From contig NZ_OZ186833.1 of assembly GCF_964272895.1 (NCBI RefSeq), positions 60,034 to 124,033 on the forward strand: 64,000 nucleotides of DNA, in the 5' to 3' direction. This document shows, piece after piece, positions 41,198 through 51,041 of this stretch. Position numbers and translations under genes: made by a program. The notes under the pieces were generated by a model that worked only from the letters and a program-made list of their open reading frames with translations, had not been told where the DNA came from and ran no database searches. The DNA comes from Streptomyces sp. enrichment culture (GTDB lineage: Bacteria > Actinomycetota > Actinomycetes > Streptomycetales > Streptomycetaceae). Numbering within the stretch: position 1 is the first letter of the stretch; each line of letters starts with the position of its first letter.

Positions 41198-41763
41198 CTC
41201 CTCTTCTGCTGCTCGTTCGTTTCCTGTCCGGGGATCCAGGTGGCCGACGGCGGGTCGTAGCGCAGCGGCGTCAGCTGGGTGACGTCGTAGCGCTTGCGCA
41301 TGTCCTCCACGGCCGCCGCGTCGACGGCGGTGCCGCGCGACCAGATCTCCGCGATCTCCTCGAAGTAGTCCTCGTGCACGGGCGACGGGAAGCACTGGAA
41401 GAGCATCGTCACCGGCTTGTCCGTGGCGTTGCGGAAGGCGTGCGGCATGCCCGGGGGCACGAACATGCAGCCGCCCGCGCCCGCCCGCACGACCTTCTGG
41501 CCGTCGGCGGACACCCACTTGTGCCAGTCGCTCTCCGTGCGCTCGGTCGGCTCGAAGCACAGCAGGTCGAGCTCGCCGTCCAGGACGTAGAAGAACTCCT
41601 GGGCGTCGCCGTGCACATGCGCTCCGACGTCGAATCCGGGTGGCACGAACACCTCGAAGATCGACACGGAGGAGCCCATCTCACGGGTGGCCTTGAAGGT
41701 CACCTCCTGTGCCGGGGTGATCAGTTTCCGCCCCGCCCCCGCCGGAAGGATGAGGTCAGTCAT
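41194..41763 (-). CDS. momA: cupin THN monooxygenase (flaviolin-forming)
   Basis: VGAHVH..AQEFFYVLDGE, FVPPG.PHAF; directly downstream of the type III PKS. Confidence 0.85.
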   Translation of the reverse strand: MTDLILPAGAGRKLITPAQEVTFKATREMGSSVSIFEVFVPPGFDVGAHVHGDAQEFFYVLDGELDLLCFEPTERTESDWHKWVSADGQKVVRAGAGGCMFVPPGMPHAFRNATDKPVTMLFQCFPSPVHEDYFEEIAEIWSRGTAVDAAAVEDMRKRYDVTQLTPLRYDPPSATWIPGQETNEQQKRR

Positions 41764-41796
41764 ACGTCTCGCTTCCTTGTTCCCTGCGAGGGGGCT

Positions 41797-42864
41797 TCAG
41801 AGGATGATCTGGGCGGACTCGTCGGCCCAGGTGCCCAGGGCCATCTCGGCGGTGATGCCGGGGCCGAATCCCGCGATCAGACCGGTGGCACCGGGCGCCG
41901 GGGTCTCCTCCTCCATCAGTCGGCGGGCGGCCTCCAGGACGACGGCGCTGGCGATGTTGCCGTACTCGGTCAGGGTCGACCAGCTGTGCCGGAACACATT
42001 GCGGTCGACCTCCAGGAACTTGGCGAGGTCGTCGAGGATGCGCGGACCGCCGGCGTGGATGATGTAGAAGTCGAGCTTGCCGGCGTCCCAGCTGTGGTCC
42101 TTGGCCAGCTCCCGCAGCACCGGCGCGAGCGGCTCCATGGTGCCCGGCACGCGGCGGTCCAGCTGGAAGTGGAACCCGGTGTCCTTGACGGCGTAGGAGA
42201 TCCAGTCCTCGGTGTGCGGGATCAGGTAGGAGGCGTTGCGCTCCAGCTCGATGCCCGTACCCCCGTTGCCCCGGACGACGGCGGCGGCGACCGCGTCACC
42301 GAACAGACCGTCGGACAGCAGCGAGCCGATGTCGTCGGCGGTCGGCTGGTAGCACAGCGAGCACAGCTCGCAGGAGACGATCAGCACGTTGCTGCCGGGG
42401 TGGGCCATGCAGAAGTCATGGGCCCGGTTGATCGCCGCCCCGCCGGCCGCGCAGCCCAGCTGGGCGATGGGGATCTGACGGGTGTCGGAGCGGAAGCCCA
42501 GCGTGTTGATCAGCCACGCGGTCAGCGACGGCATCAGGAAGCCGGTGCAGGACACGTAGATGATCGCGTCGATGTCACGGGCCGACAGGTCGGCGTTCTT
42601 CAGCGCCTGCTCGATGACCTCGGGCGTGCGCTTCTTCGACTCGACCTCGTAGATGCGGTTGCGCTCCTCGAAGCCCGGGTGCTTCAGCGTCTTCTCGATG
42701 GGCTGGACTATGTGCCGCTTCTGCACGCCCGTGTTGCGGATCAGACGAAGCGCTAAGGGAAGCTGCGGCTTGCCGGCGTGCGCCTGTTGGGCGAATTCCA
42801 GCGTCTCTTCCACGGTGATGATGTACTCCGGCGCACTCATCGCCGGCTTGCATAGCCTCGGCAT
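41797..42864 (-). CDS. rppA: type III PKS, 1,3,6,8-tetrahydroxynaphthalene synthase; contains a TTA codon
   Basis: PQLPLALRLI.NTGV, QLGCAAGG (Cys), IHAGGPRILD (His), GNIASA (Asn), GFGPGITAE. Confidence 0.95.
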   Translation of the reverse strand: MPRLCKPAMSAPEYIITVEETLEFAQQAHAGKPQLPLALRLIRNTGVQKRHIVQPIEKTLKHPGFEERNRIYEVESKKRTPEVIEQALKNADLSARDIDAIIYVSCTGFLMPSLTAWLINTLGFRSDTRQIPIAQLGCAAGGAAINRAHDFCMAHPGSNVLIVSCELCSLCYQPTADDIGSLLSDGLFGDAVAAAVVRGNGGTGIELERNASYLIPHTEDWISYAVKDTGFHFQLDRRVPGTMEPLAPVLRELAKDHSWDAGKLDFYIIHAGGPRILDDLAKFLEVDRNVFRHSWSTLTEYGNIASAVVLEAARRLMEEETPAPGATGLIAGFGPGITAEMALGTWADESAQIIL

Positions 42865-43167
42865 ATCTGAATCCACTTCTTTTGGGAGTCTCGACTGCAA
42901 GGGCAGTTGGGACGTCGAGCGGATGGCAGGCCGATCGCCCGCCTTCCTCGGTGGTTGTCGACGGGTTTCTTCACGGTGGCCCGGAGGCGCCCGCCGCTGA
43001 GGAGGCGGGCAGATACATCTCCCGGTGGAAAGCCGTACGCCCCTGACATCTGTCAGGGGCGTCGACGGCGAGGACTTCGGCTGCGGGAGGAGTTCAGACG
43101 GCTGTCGTGGGGGCTCGGTCCCGCCTGTCAGAACGGCGGATACGAACTCAATCCACTACCTTCCGGC

Positions 43168-43242
43168 TGTTTTTGGGCAGCGAAGGTGTGAGGGAATCGT
43201 GACACGTGCGGAGTACCGCAGCCAAGGCCGCTCTGGGTGACC
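43168..43242 (-). promoter_or_regulatory. shared upstream motif, copy 3, before the rppA operon
   Basis: TGTTTTTGGGCAG (43168-43180) and AATCGTGACAC (43195-43205) are identical to 17651-17663 and 17678-17688 with the same 14-nt spacer. Confidence 0.7.
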
Positions 43243-43484
43243 CACCTCACAGTCCACCGGTTTTCCAACCGGCGTCGAGCAGCGCCAGACGGGCGCCCGA
43301 TCCCGGCCCCGGACACCCGGAGCCCGCTCGGCCCCCCGCCCGCGCCTCCGGCCCCTCTACGAGCGGCATCGCCCCGCGGCGGCGGCATCGGCCCCGTCCG
43401 GGCCCCATTACCACGGGCGCGCCCGCCATCCTCAAGAAACAGCCCGATTCCGGCCCAGCGGCCCTGGAGCGCCGGGGAGGCGCC

Positions 43485-43503
43485 GGGGGGGGGCGGGGGG
43501 GGG
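43485..43503 (+). repeat. G9-C-G9 homopolymer tract
   Basis: Direct reading; intergenic. Confidence 0.8.
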
Positions 43504-43646
43504 TGACGAGAGGTGGCGAGAGGTGACGAAGGGATGGTGATGTCATGTTCATGACAAACACGGAGACGGGTGCGTATCCGCTCGCGCTGAGGGGGAGCCA
43601 TGTCAGTGCCTACTCAACCCACCCGACCAGGAGACCCGGAGAAGCC

Positions 43647-44279
43647 ATGAAGCTCGCCGTTTTCGGCGCCACGGGAGGCATCGGCCAGGAGATCGTCCGG
43701 CAGGCACTGGACGCGGGGCACCAGGTCACAGCAGTCGTACGAAACCCTGCCGGACTGACCGTCACCGGCGAGGCCCTGGAGGTGTTCCGCGCCGACCTGA
43801 CCGACCCCCGCGCCGTGCGCCCCGCGGTGGCCGGCCGGGAGGTGGTCCTGTCCGCCCTCGGTGCCCGCAGCCGCAAGGACGCCGGCGTCGCGACCCGGCT
43901 CACCCGCACGGTGCTGCGCGCCATGGAGGCGGAGGGCACCCGGCGCCTGCTGGTCGTGAGTGCCGCTCCGGTCGGCCCCGAGCCGAAGGACGACGGCCCC
44001 CTCGACCGTGTCGCGCGCCGCGTCGTCTCCGCCGTCCTCAAGGACACCTACGCCGATCTGCTGGAGATGGAGGCCGAGTTGGCCCGCAGCGCCACGGACT
44101 GGACGGTCGTACGCCCCCCGCGGTTGCAGAACAGACCGCTCACCGGCCGGTACCGCACGGTCGTCGGCGGGTTCCCGGCCAAGGGCCGCTTCGTGTCCCG
44201 CGCGGACGTGGCCCACGCCATGCTGGCGATGGCCGACGACCCGAGGACGGTGAAGCAGGGGATAGGCGTCGCCTACTAG
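43647..44279 (+). CDS. NAD(P)H-binding flavin reductase-like oxidoreductase (BVR-B/NmrA fold)
   Basis: MKLAVFGATGGIG, DWTVVRPPRL, SRADVAH. Confidence 0.88.
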   Translation: MKLAVFGATGGIGQEIVRQALDAGHQVTAVVRNPAGLTVTGEALEVFRADLTDPRAVRPAVAGREVVLSALGARSRKDAGVATRLTRTVLRAMEAEGTRRLLVVSAAPVGPEPKDDGPLDRVARRVVSAVLKDTYADLLEMEAELARSATDWTVVRPPRLQNRPLTGRYRTVVGGFPAKGRFVSRADVAHAMLAMADDPRTVKQGIGVAY

Positions 44280-44283
44280 AGCC

Positions 44284-46062
44284 TCAGTCCTTGATCTCGC
44301 AGATGGGGGCGCCGGAGGTGAGGGAGGCGCCGACGGCGGCCGTGATGGCCTCGACGGTGCCGTCCTTGTGGGCGTTGAGAGGCTGCTCCATCTTCATGGC
44401 CTCCAGAACGACGATCAGGTCCCCCTGCTTGACGCTCTGCCCCTCCTCGACGGCGACCTTGACGACGGTGCCCTGCATGGGGGAGGTGAGGGTGTCACCC
44501 GAGGCGGCGGGGCCGTGGGCGCGGGTGGTGCGTCGTGGCGGGCGGGCGCCGGCGGCCGGGCCGGTGCGGGTCCGGGACAGGACCAGGGAGTCGGGCAGGG
44601 AGACCTCCAGGCGTTTGCCGCCGACCTCGATGACGACGGTCTCCCGGCCGGCGTCCTCCTGCGCCGGTGTGCCGTCGGCGGGCGCGGTGAACGGGGGGAT
44701 GTCGTTGGTGAACTCGGTCTCGATCCAGCGGGTGTGCACGCGGAAGGGCCCGTCCTGGCCGTGGAGTTCGGGGGCGAAGGCGGGGTCGGTGACGACCTTG
44801 CGGTGGAACGGGATGGCGGTGGCCATGCCCTCGACGCGGAACTCGGCCAGGGCGCGCGCGGCGCGCTGCAGGGCCTGCTCACGGGTGGCGCCGGTGACGA
44901 TCAGCTTGGCGAGGAGGGAGTCCCACGCCGGGCCGATGACCGAGCCGGACTCCACGCCCGCGTCCAGGCGGACACCGGGGCCGGAGGGCGGGTCGAAGCG
45001 GGTGACCGTGCCGGGGGCCGGGAGGAAGCCCCGGCCCGGATCCTCGCCGTTGATACGGAACTCGAGGGAGTGGCCGCGCAGGGGAGGGTCGTCGTAGCCG
45101 AGCGGCTGGCCGTCGGCGATGCGGAACATCTCGCGGACCAGGTCGATGCCGGTGACCTCCTCGGTGACCGGGTGCTCCACCTGGAGACGGGTGTTGACCT
45201 CCAGGAAGGAGATCGTGCCGTCCTGGCCGACGAGGAATTCGCACGTGCCGGCGCCCTCGTAGCCGGCTTCCTTGAGGATGGCCTTGGAGGCGCGGTACAG
45301 CTCGGCCATCTGCTGGTCCGTCAGGAAGGGGGCGGGGGCCTCCTCGACGAGCTTCTGGTGGCGGCGCTGGAGGGAGCAGTCACGGGTGGAGACCACGACC
45401 ACGTTGCCGTGCTTGTCGGCGAGGCACTGGGTCTCCACGTGGCGGGGGCGGTCCAGGTAGCGCTCGACGAAGCACTCGCCGCGGCCGAAGGCGGCCACCG
45501 CCTCGCGGACCGCGGAGTCGTACAGCTCGGGGATCTCTTCCAGGGTGCGGGCGACCTTCAGACCGCGGCCACCGCCACCGAAGGCGGCCTTGATGGCGAT
45601 GGGCAGGCCGTGCTCCTCGGCGAAGGCGACGACCTCGCCGGTGCCGGAGACAGGGTCGGCGGTGCCGGCGACCAGCGGGGCGCCCGCGCGCTGCGCGATG
45701 TGCCGGGCGGCCACCTTGTCGCCGAGGTCCCGGATGGCCTGCGGCGGCGGGCCGATCCAGATCAGCCCGGCGTCCAGGACGGCCTGGGCGAACTCGGCGT
45801 TCTCGGAGAGGAAGCCGTAGCCGGGGTGGATCGCGTCGGCGCCGGACTCCTCGGCGGCCTTGAGGACCTTGCCGATGTCCAGGTAGCTGGTGGCCGGGGT
45901 GTCACCGCCCAGGGCGAACGCCTCGTCCGCCGCGCGGACATGCAGAGCGTCCCGGTCCGGGTCGGCGTAGACGGCGACGCTCGCGATCCCGGCGTCCCGG
46001 CAGGCACGGGCCACGCGGACAGCGATTTCACCACGGTTGGCGATGAGCACCTTGGTCAGCAT
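44284..46062 (-). CDS. accA: acyl-CoA carboxylase alpha subunit (biotin carboxylase plus BCCP)
   Basis: [38 protein letters not shown]. Confidence 0.97.
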   Translation of the reverse strand: MLTKVLIANRGEIAVRVARACRDAGIASVAVYADPDRDALHVRAADEAFALGGDTPATSYLDIGKVLKAAEESGADAIHPGYGFLSENAEFAQAVLDAGLIWIGPPPQAIRDLGDKVAARHIAQRAGAPLVAGTADPVSGTGEVVAFAEEHGLPIAIKAAFGGGGRGLKVARTLEEIPELYDSAVREAVAAFGRGECFVERYLDRPRHVETQCLADKHGNVVVVSTRDCSLQRRHQKLVEEAPAPFLTDQQMAELYRASKAILKEAGYEGAGTCEFLVGQDGTISFLEVNTRLQVEHPVTEEVTGIDLVREMFRIADGQPLGYDDPPLRGHSLEFRINGEDPGRGFLPAPGTVTRFDPPSGPGVRLDAGVESGSVIGPAWDSLLAKLIVTGATREQALQRAARALAEFRVEGMATAIPFHRKVVTDPAFAPELHGQDGPFRVHTRWIETEFTNDIPPFTAPADGTPAQEDAGRETVVIEVGGKRLEVSLPDSLVLSRTRTGPAAGARPPRRTTRAHGPAASGDTLTSPMQGTVVKVAVEEGQSVKQGDLIVVLEAMKMEQPLNAHKDGTVEAITAAVGASLTSGAPICEIKD

Positions 46063-47075
46063 GTCGGCTCCTGTATGTCGGTCGGTCCGGGTGACGTCGA
46101 ACGCGTCGACCCTCTGGGCGATGTGGCGGGTCTGCGCACCGGGGTGAACACCGCGTCGGCGCCCATGCCGTGAGCGCGGTGACGTCGGCGCCCGGTTGAC
46201 GCCGCCGGCCAGGACGCGGACGCCGCCGATGCCCTGCGCGGTGGTGTGCAGGGCGTCGAGAGCGCGCCGGACGGCGTGTTGCCGCGTTCCATGCGCAGGG
46301 CGGCGAGACGTTCGCCGCGCTCCTGCGGTTCGTTCGTGTGAAGAATCTCTCCGAGGCGGCCGTCCCGCCGCCCGCGCGCCGCACCGGGCGCGTCGAAACC
46401 GCTCGGTGGTACGGCAGAGCCGCCCCGCCGATCTTTGTGGCGCTGTGACACGTCTTCGCCGAGGAGGGTGGTTTGCATTCCGCGGGGCGTGCACCAGCCA
46501 ATGTCACGCAGTAGTGCGCGGGCAGCCAATTGTTCGGGCCGCCGGCCGTACTCGATCAGATCTCCGAGTGGGACAGGACTGCGGTTCCACCGAGATTAAA
46601 GCGATAGACATGCCTGTTCCATAATGACGCTTATCCTCTTCACTCGAGCAGGGTCTGTCAAGGGAGCTCAAGGAGTCCTGACGGCGCTCTTGAAATAACC
46701 ACCGGACGTGAAACATGACCGTCTCGGTGCAGGTTCCCTCAAGAAAAACACGTGCCCACATACGACATTCATGGGCAAACCGGACATCTCCCTGGCTTGG
46801 GCGATCCTTCGTTTCGGCCAAAACATTAGGTGGGCATTGAAATAGCAGTCCGGTGTCCTAAGACTGTTGGTGCGTTCACAAATTCAGCGAACGGCTGATC
46901 GGCGGCAATTCGAACCGCCGGGAATGTGCCACCAAAGGGGGAGTGCATTCGTGCACGTGTCATTCCTTTCCCATGGAGCGCCTTGCGCTTTCGGGGTTCC
47001 GTCCAGCATCGCCACATGCTGATCTCGCGCAACATCTCCATTGCAGCTCAGGGTGCGAAAACCGAAAGGTAAACG

Positions 47076-47861
47076 ATGCGCGTGCTTTTTGTGCTGGGTG
47101 ACGGCTGTGAGCCGGAATTTGGTACGCGAAAACTGAAGCGGTACGGGAACAAAATCTTCTTCGCGCACTCGGCGCAGCAGGCGCTGGCCATGCACACGGA
47201 AGCGGATTTCATCATCATCGATCTCGGGCTGACCGATGCGGACGGGCTGGAGGTCTGCCGGGCGATCCGCCAGGTCAGCGATACGCCGATGATCGCGGTG
47301 ACCGAACAGGGCGACGAACTCGAGCGGGTGCTCGGTCTGAAGGCGGGAGCGGACGACTGCATCGACCGCGGCTGCGGCATCCGCGAGCTGGTGGCCCGGA
47401 TCGAGGCCGTCACCCGGCGCAGCAGGGCGCGGCACGGCCCTTCCGGGAGCATCGTGTACGGGCCGCTGCGCATCGATCAGTCGGCCCGCGCGGCCTGGCT
47501 CGCCGGCGAGCCGATCAACCTGACCCGCAAGGAGTTCGACCTGCTGCTCACCCTGGCCTCCCGGCCCGGTGTCGTCCTCACCCGCAAGGAGCTGATGTCC
47601 CGCGTCTGGAACGACAGCTGGACCCGGGGACGGACGATCGACACGCACGTCAACAGCCTGCGGAGCAAGCTCGGTTCGAACAACTGGATAGTGACCGTCC
47701 GCGGGGTCGGCTTCCGGTTCGGCGAATGCGTCATGGACGCGCCCGCGCTCCCGGAGACTTCGGACACGACGGTGCCGGCCGGGCACCACCGTGCCGCTTC
47801 GCACGCCGTACCGCCCGCGGCCAGGCGGTCTGACCCGGCGCCCGCGGCCCAGGCGGTCTGA
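47076..47861 (+). CDS. orphan atypical OmpR-family response regulator (JadR1-like)
   Basis: IIDLGLTDADG receiver with degenerate acidic pocket and no conserved Lys-Pro; wHTH LTRKEFDLL..RTIDTHVNSLRSKLG..TVRGVGF; no kinase gene. Confidence 0.85.
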   Translation: MRVLFVLGDGCEPEFGTRKLKRYGNKIFFAHSAQQALAMHTEADFIIIDLGLTDADGLEVCRAIRQVSDTPMIAVTEQGDELERVLGLKAGADDCIDRGCGIRELVARIEAVTRRSRARHGPSGSIVYGPLRIDQSARAAWLAGEPINLTRKEFDLLLTLASRPGVVLTRKELMSRVWNDSWTRGRTIDTHVNSLRSKLGSNNWIVTVRGVGFRFGECVMDAPALPETSDTTVPAGHHRAASHAVPPAARRSDPAPAAQAV

Positions 47862-48003
47862 CCCACGCACCCCCGGCCCAGGCGGTCTGACCCCATCCGT
47901 GGCCCAGGCGGTCTGACCCCATCCGTGGCCCGGTCGGTCTGCCCCGCGCCCGTGGCCCGGTCGGTCGACCCGCATCCGTGGCCCGGTCGGTCTGCCCCGC
48001 GCC
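47819..48003. repeat. 26-29-nt tandem repeat, about 7 copies, containing the regulator stop codon (CAGGCGGTCTGA)
   Basis: Cores at 47823, 47851, 47880, 47906, about 47931, 47958, 47984. Confidence 0.85.
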
Positions 48004-48052
48004 GGCAGGCACAGCGGCAACCCGCGGCCAGGCGGCCCCCCCCCCGCGGTAC

Positions 48053-48949
48053 CTACGGTCCGGGGCGGCGGCCGCGTTCGGCCAGGGACTGCTGGGCGTC
48101 GCCCGCATGGTAGAAGGTCCGGCCGGCCGTACCGCGGCGGCGGCGCCAGCCCTTCTCGCTCGCCAGCCGGTACACGGTGCCGCGGGGCGCCTGCCACAGC
48201 CGGGATATGTCGGCCGCGGACAGCCACAACGAGGTGGCGGCCGCGGCGGTGCGCAGCGTGTCTCCGGCGGTGCTCCCCGGTGTGCGCTGCCGGCCGTCGT
48301 TCCGGGCGAGCCACTCGTGAAGTGCCCAGCGATGGCCGGGCGTAGCGGTGCAGACCACCTCCGGCGGCGTCCGGGAGTCCTGCACGGCCCGGACCACGAG
48401 GGTGCCCTCGCACCCCGCCAGCGGGCACCCGCCGACCGGCAGGCTCCGCTCGGACGGCGTGTCCACCACCCGCGCGGCCGCGCGCATCAGTCCCGCCACC
48501 TCCTCGACGAGGTCGCCGACGGCCTCGTGGCCGGACAGCCAGTCCAGGTGACGTAACAGGAATCCGGCGAGGGCGGGAACCTCGCGCCGCGGCGCGGCGG
48601 CGGCGCACTGCTCGGCCACCAGACCGCTCCAGGAGGCGAGTACGCGGGTGATGGCCGCGCGGGTCTCCACGGCCGCCGTATTGAGCGGCATTCCGGGCAT
48701 CGTCTGGCTGGAGGTGTGCTCCTCCCAGCGCCGGGTCCGGGAGCCCGCGAGGACGCGTCCGCACTCCTCGTACGCGTCCGGAAGCGCCACCAGCCAACGC
48801 GCCAGCCGTCCCGTGCAGCCGACGCAGAGCCGCGTTCTCCCTCGTGCGCCGGCGGTCCCGGCCGGCGTTCGGCGCCGCATTTCCCCGCAGCGGGGATTGG
48901 GGCAAAGAGCTTCTTCTTGTGCCGCGTGTCCGGTGTTCGACTGCCGCAT
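48053..48949 (-). CDS. OvmZ-like protein fused to a C-terminal OvmW-like HTH; contains a TTA codon
   Basis: LCVGC, LPDAYEE, VLASWSGLV, FLLRHLDWL, CPLAGC..C...GH.W, then WLSAADISRLWQAPRGTVYRLASEKGW; AAGGAG RBS. Confidence 0.7.
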   Translation of the reverse strand: MRQSNTGHAAQEEALCPNPRCGEMRRRTPAGTAGARGRTRLCVGCTGRLARWLVALPDAYEECGRVLAGSRTRRWEEHTSSQTMPGMPLNTAAVETRAAITRVLASWSGLVAEQCAAAAPRREVPALAGFLLRHLDWLSGHEAVGDLVEEVAGLMRAAARVVDTPSERSLPVGGCPLAGCEGTLVVRAVQDSRTPPEVVCTATPGHRWALHEWLARNDGRQRTPGSTAGDTLRTAAAATSLWLSAADISRLWQAPRGTVYRLASEKGWRRRRGTAGRTFYHAGDAQQSLAERGRRPGP

Positions 48950-49210
48950 CCGTGACTCCTTTCCGCGCGTTTTCGGTCCGTCGGCCATGATGGCCGCCGA
49001 ATCAGCGCCGGAGATCAGCCGTGCCGGAAACATGGCGAAGGCGTGCACGAGGCTGTTCACGAGCTGCACCGGGTTGTCGGCCGGTGCAGAAAAAGCGCCC
49101 GCGGCGCTGACACACAGCGGTGCCGCGCTTCACAGAAAATTGACAGTCGCGGGCGCTGCCGCCATCCGTGCGCGCATCCGGTGCGGGAAGGGACCCGCGG
49201 CCGGCGGGAA

Positions 49211-49316
49211 GCTCAGCCGCCGCGTGAATGCCGTCGTGGCTCAGCCGCCGCGTGTACGCCGCCCTGGCTCAGCCGCCGCGTGCAAGCGCCCTGGCTCAGC
49301 CGCCGTTGCTCAGCCG
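49211..49316. repeat. 28/28/27/14-nt spaced repeats of GCTCAGCCGCCG containing the marR stop codon
   Basis: Units at 49211, 49239, 49267, 49294, 49308. Confidence 0.8.
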
Positions 49317-49757
49317 GTGGTCGAGCACCCGCTGCAACAGGGCCGTCAGCTGCTTGCGCTCCGCGGGCGCCAGGGGGGTCAGGAGGCTGTCCTGCACCTC
49401 GGCCAAGGCGTGTTCGATGCGCTTGAGCTGCCGTACTCCGGCCTCAGTGATCGTGATGGTGTTGCGCCGCCGGTCCGCGGTGTCCACGTCGCGCACCACC
49501 AGACCGCCGCCGGCGAGCTCGTTGACCGCCTCCACGATGTAGCTGCGGTCGATCCCGCAGCGCCGGCCCAACTCGGCCTGGCTGAGCGGGCCGAACTCGT
49601 CGAGCGACGCCAGGAGCGCGAAGTCGTACCGCCGGGCGTCCACGGAAGTCAGCGCCTGGGAGACCAGACGGGCCGCGTGGGTGGCGATCTGGGTGACGAG
49701 CCAGCTGGGCGTGGCCTGCAGCCGGGCCGGAGCGTGGGAGATCGCCTTCATGGTCAC
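49296..49757 (-). CDS. MarR-family regulator
   Basis: GPLSQAELGRRCGIDRS..V..L...GLV.R..D..DRRR..ITIT.AG. Confidence 0.92.
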   Translation of the reverse strand: MTMKAISHAPARLQATPSWLVTQIATHAARLVSQALTSVDARRYDFALLASLDEFGPLSQAELGRRCGIDRSYIVEAVNELAGGGLVVRDVDTADRRRNTITITEAGVRQLKRIEHALAEVQDSLLTPLAPAERKQLTALLQRVLDHRLSNGG

Positions 49758-49792
49758 CGCAACACCGTACCAAGGGCGGACCGGGGTTAACT

Positions 49793-49833
49793 GTTGGTCA
49801 GACCCACGAACATGATACGTTGGTCAGGTCAAC
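49793..49833. promoter_or_regulatory. two imperfect palindromes, GTTGGTCAGACCCAC and GTTGGTCAGGTCAAC; probable MarR operators
   Basis: Copies at 49793-49807 and 49819-49833 between divergent marR and the NmrA gene. Confidence 0.6.
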
Positions 49834-49918
49834 GATTTGGGTGCGCCGCCGGGCCTGCCGCGTCGCCGTCCCGCCCGTCGCCCATCCCGCCGTCGCCCTG
49901 CCTGTTGGGAGCGAGTTC

Positions 49919-50743
49919 ATGATTCTGGTCACCGGCGCCACCGGTAACGTCGGCCGCAATGTCGTACTGCAGTTGCTGGAGGCGGGCGAGACGGTCCGGG
50001 CCCTCACGCGTGACCCCGAGAAGGCGGCGTTTCCCGCAGAGGTGGAAGTGGTCGCCGGAGACATCGCCGACCCGCAGAGCCTGCCGCCCGCGCTGAAGGG
50101 GGTGGACCGGGCCTTCCTGTTCCCCGTCTTCGGGCAGCTCGACGGCTTCCTGGACGTCGCCAAGGCATCCGGTGTGGAGCACATCGCCATGCTGTCGTCG
50201 TCGGCCATCGAGTTCGACGACCCCGGATTCATCGGCCAGGTGCATCTGGAGTGCGAGAACGCGGTGACGGGCTCCGGCATCCCGCGCACGTTCGTGCGGG
50301 CCGGCCTGTTCATGCTCAACGACCGCGGCTGGGCGCCGCAGATCCGGGCGACGGGCGTGGTGCGCACGGCGTACGGCACGGCCGCGGCCGCCCCCGTCGA
50401 CGAGCGGGACATCGCCGCGGTGGCGACCGCCTCGCTGCTGGACCCGCGGGACGGCAGTGTGCACAGCCTCACCGGCCCCGAGTCCCTGACCCAGATCGAC
50501 CGCGTCCGGATCATCGGCGAGGTGCTCGGCAAGCCGGTGGCGTTCGAGGAGCTGTCCCGCGAGGAGGCGTTGAGCCACCTCGTCCAGCAGATGCCGCCGG
50601 ACGCCGCCGAGTTCCTGCTGGACCAGCTCGCCTCCTGGCAGGGCGTCACCGCCGAGGTGCTGCCCACGGTCGAGCAGGTCACCGGCCGCCCCGCGCACAC
50701 CTACGCGCAGTGGGTCGAGCACCACGTGGCCGACTTCTCCTGA
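49919..50743 (+). CDS. NmrA-like NAD(P)H-binding atypical SDR
   Basis: MILVTGATGNVG, PVDERDIAAVA, LTGPESLT. Confidence 0.9.
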   Translation: MILVTGATGNVGRNVVLQLLEAGETVRALTRDPEKAAFPAEVEVVAGDIADPQSLPPALKGVDRAFLFPVFGQLDGFLDVAKASGVEHIAMLSSSAIEFDDPGFIGQVHLECENAVTGSGIPRTFVRAGLFMLNDRGWAPQIRATGVVRTAYGTAAAAPVDERDIAAVATASLLDPRDGSVHSLTGPESLTQIDRVRIIGEVLGKPVAFEELSREEALSHLVQQMPPDAAEFLLDQLASWQGVTAEVLPTVEQVTGRPAHTYAQWVEHHVADFS

Positions 50744-50769
50744 CGCGCGTCACCGCGGCCCCCGGCTGA

Positions 50770-50810
50770 GTCACGGGGTCGCGGGGTCGCGGAGTCGCGG
50801 AGTCGCGGCG
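50770..50810. repeat. 8-nt tandem repeat GTCGCGGR, about 5 copies
   Basis: gtcacggg gtcgcggg gtcgcgga gtcgcgga gtcgcggc. Confidence 0.7.
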
Positions 50811-51041
50811 TGAGAAAACACGGCCAGGAAAATCGCGGTGTGCGTGCCGAGCGGACGATTCCGCCGTCACGTACACCGCCCTTTTCCATGCCGGAAAAAC
50901 CTCCGTGAGCCTTTTTCGTCGGGCCCTGGCGGCCTGGCCCGACAAACCTGATGCCCGGATGCGCGTGGCGCGCATCCGGGCATCGGAGGAACAGCGGGAA
51001 CAGAGGAAACTGCGGTGGCGGGGAAATCCCGCCGCCGCGTT

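Noticed and set aside
46396-46414. gamma-butyrolactone ARE box
   Set aside because: AAACCGCTCGGTGGTAC has the wrong internal spacing, and no receptor or afsA gene is in the window.
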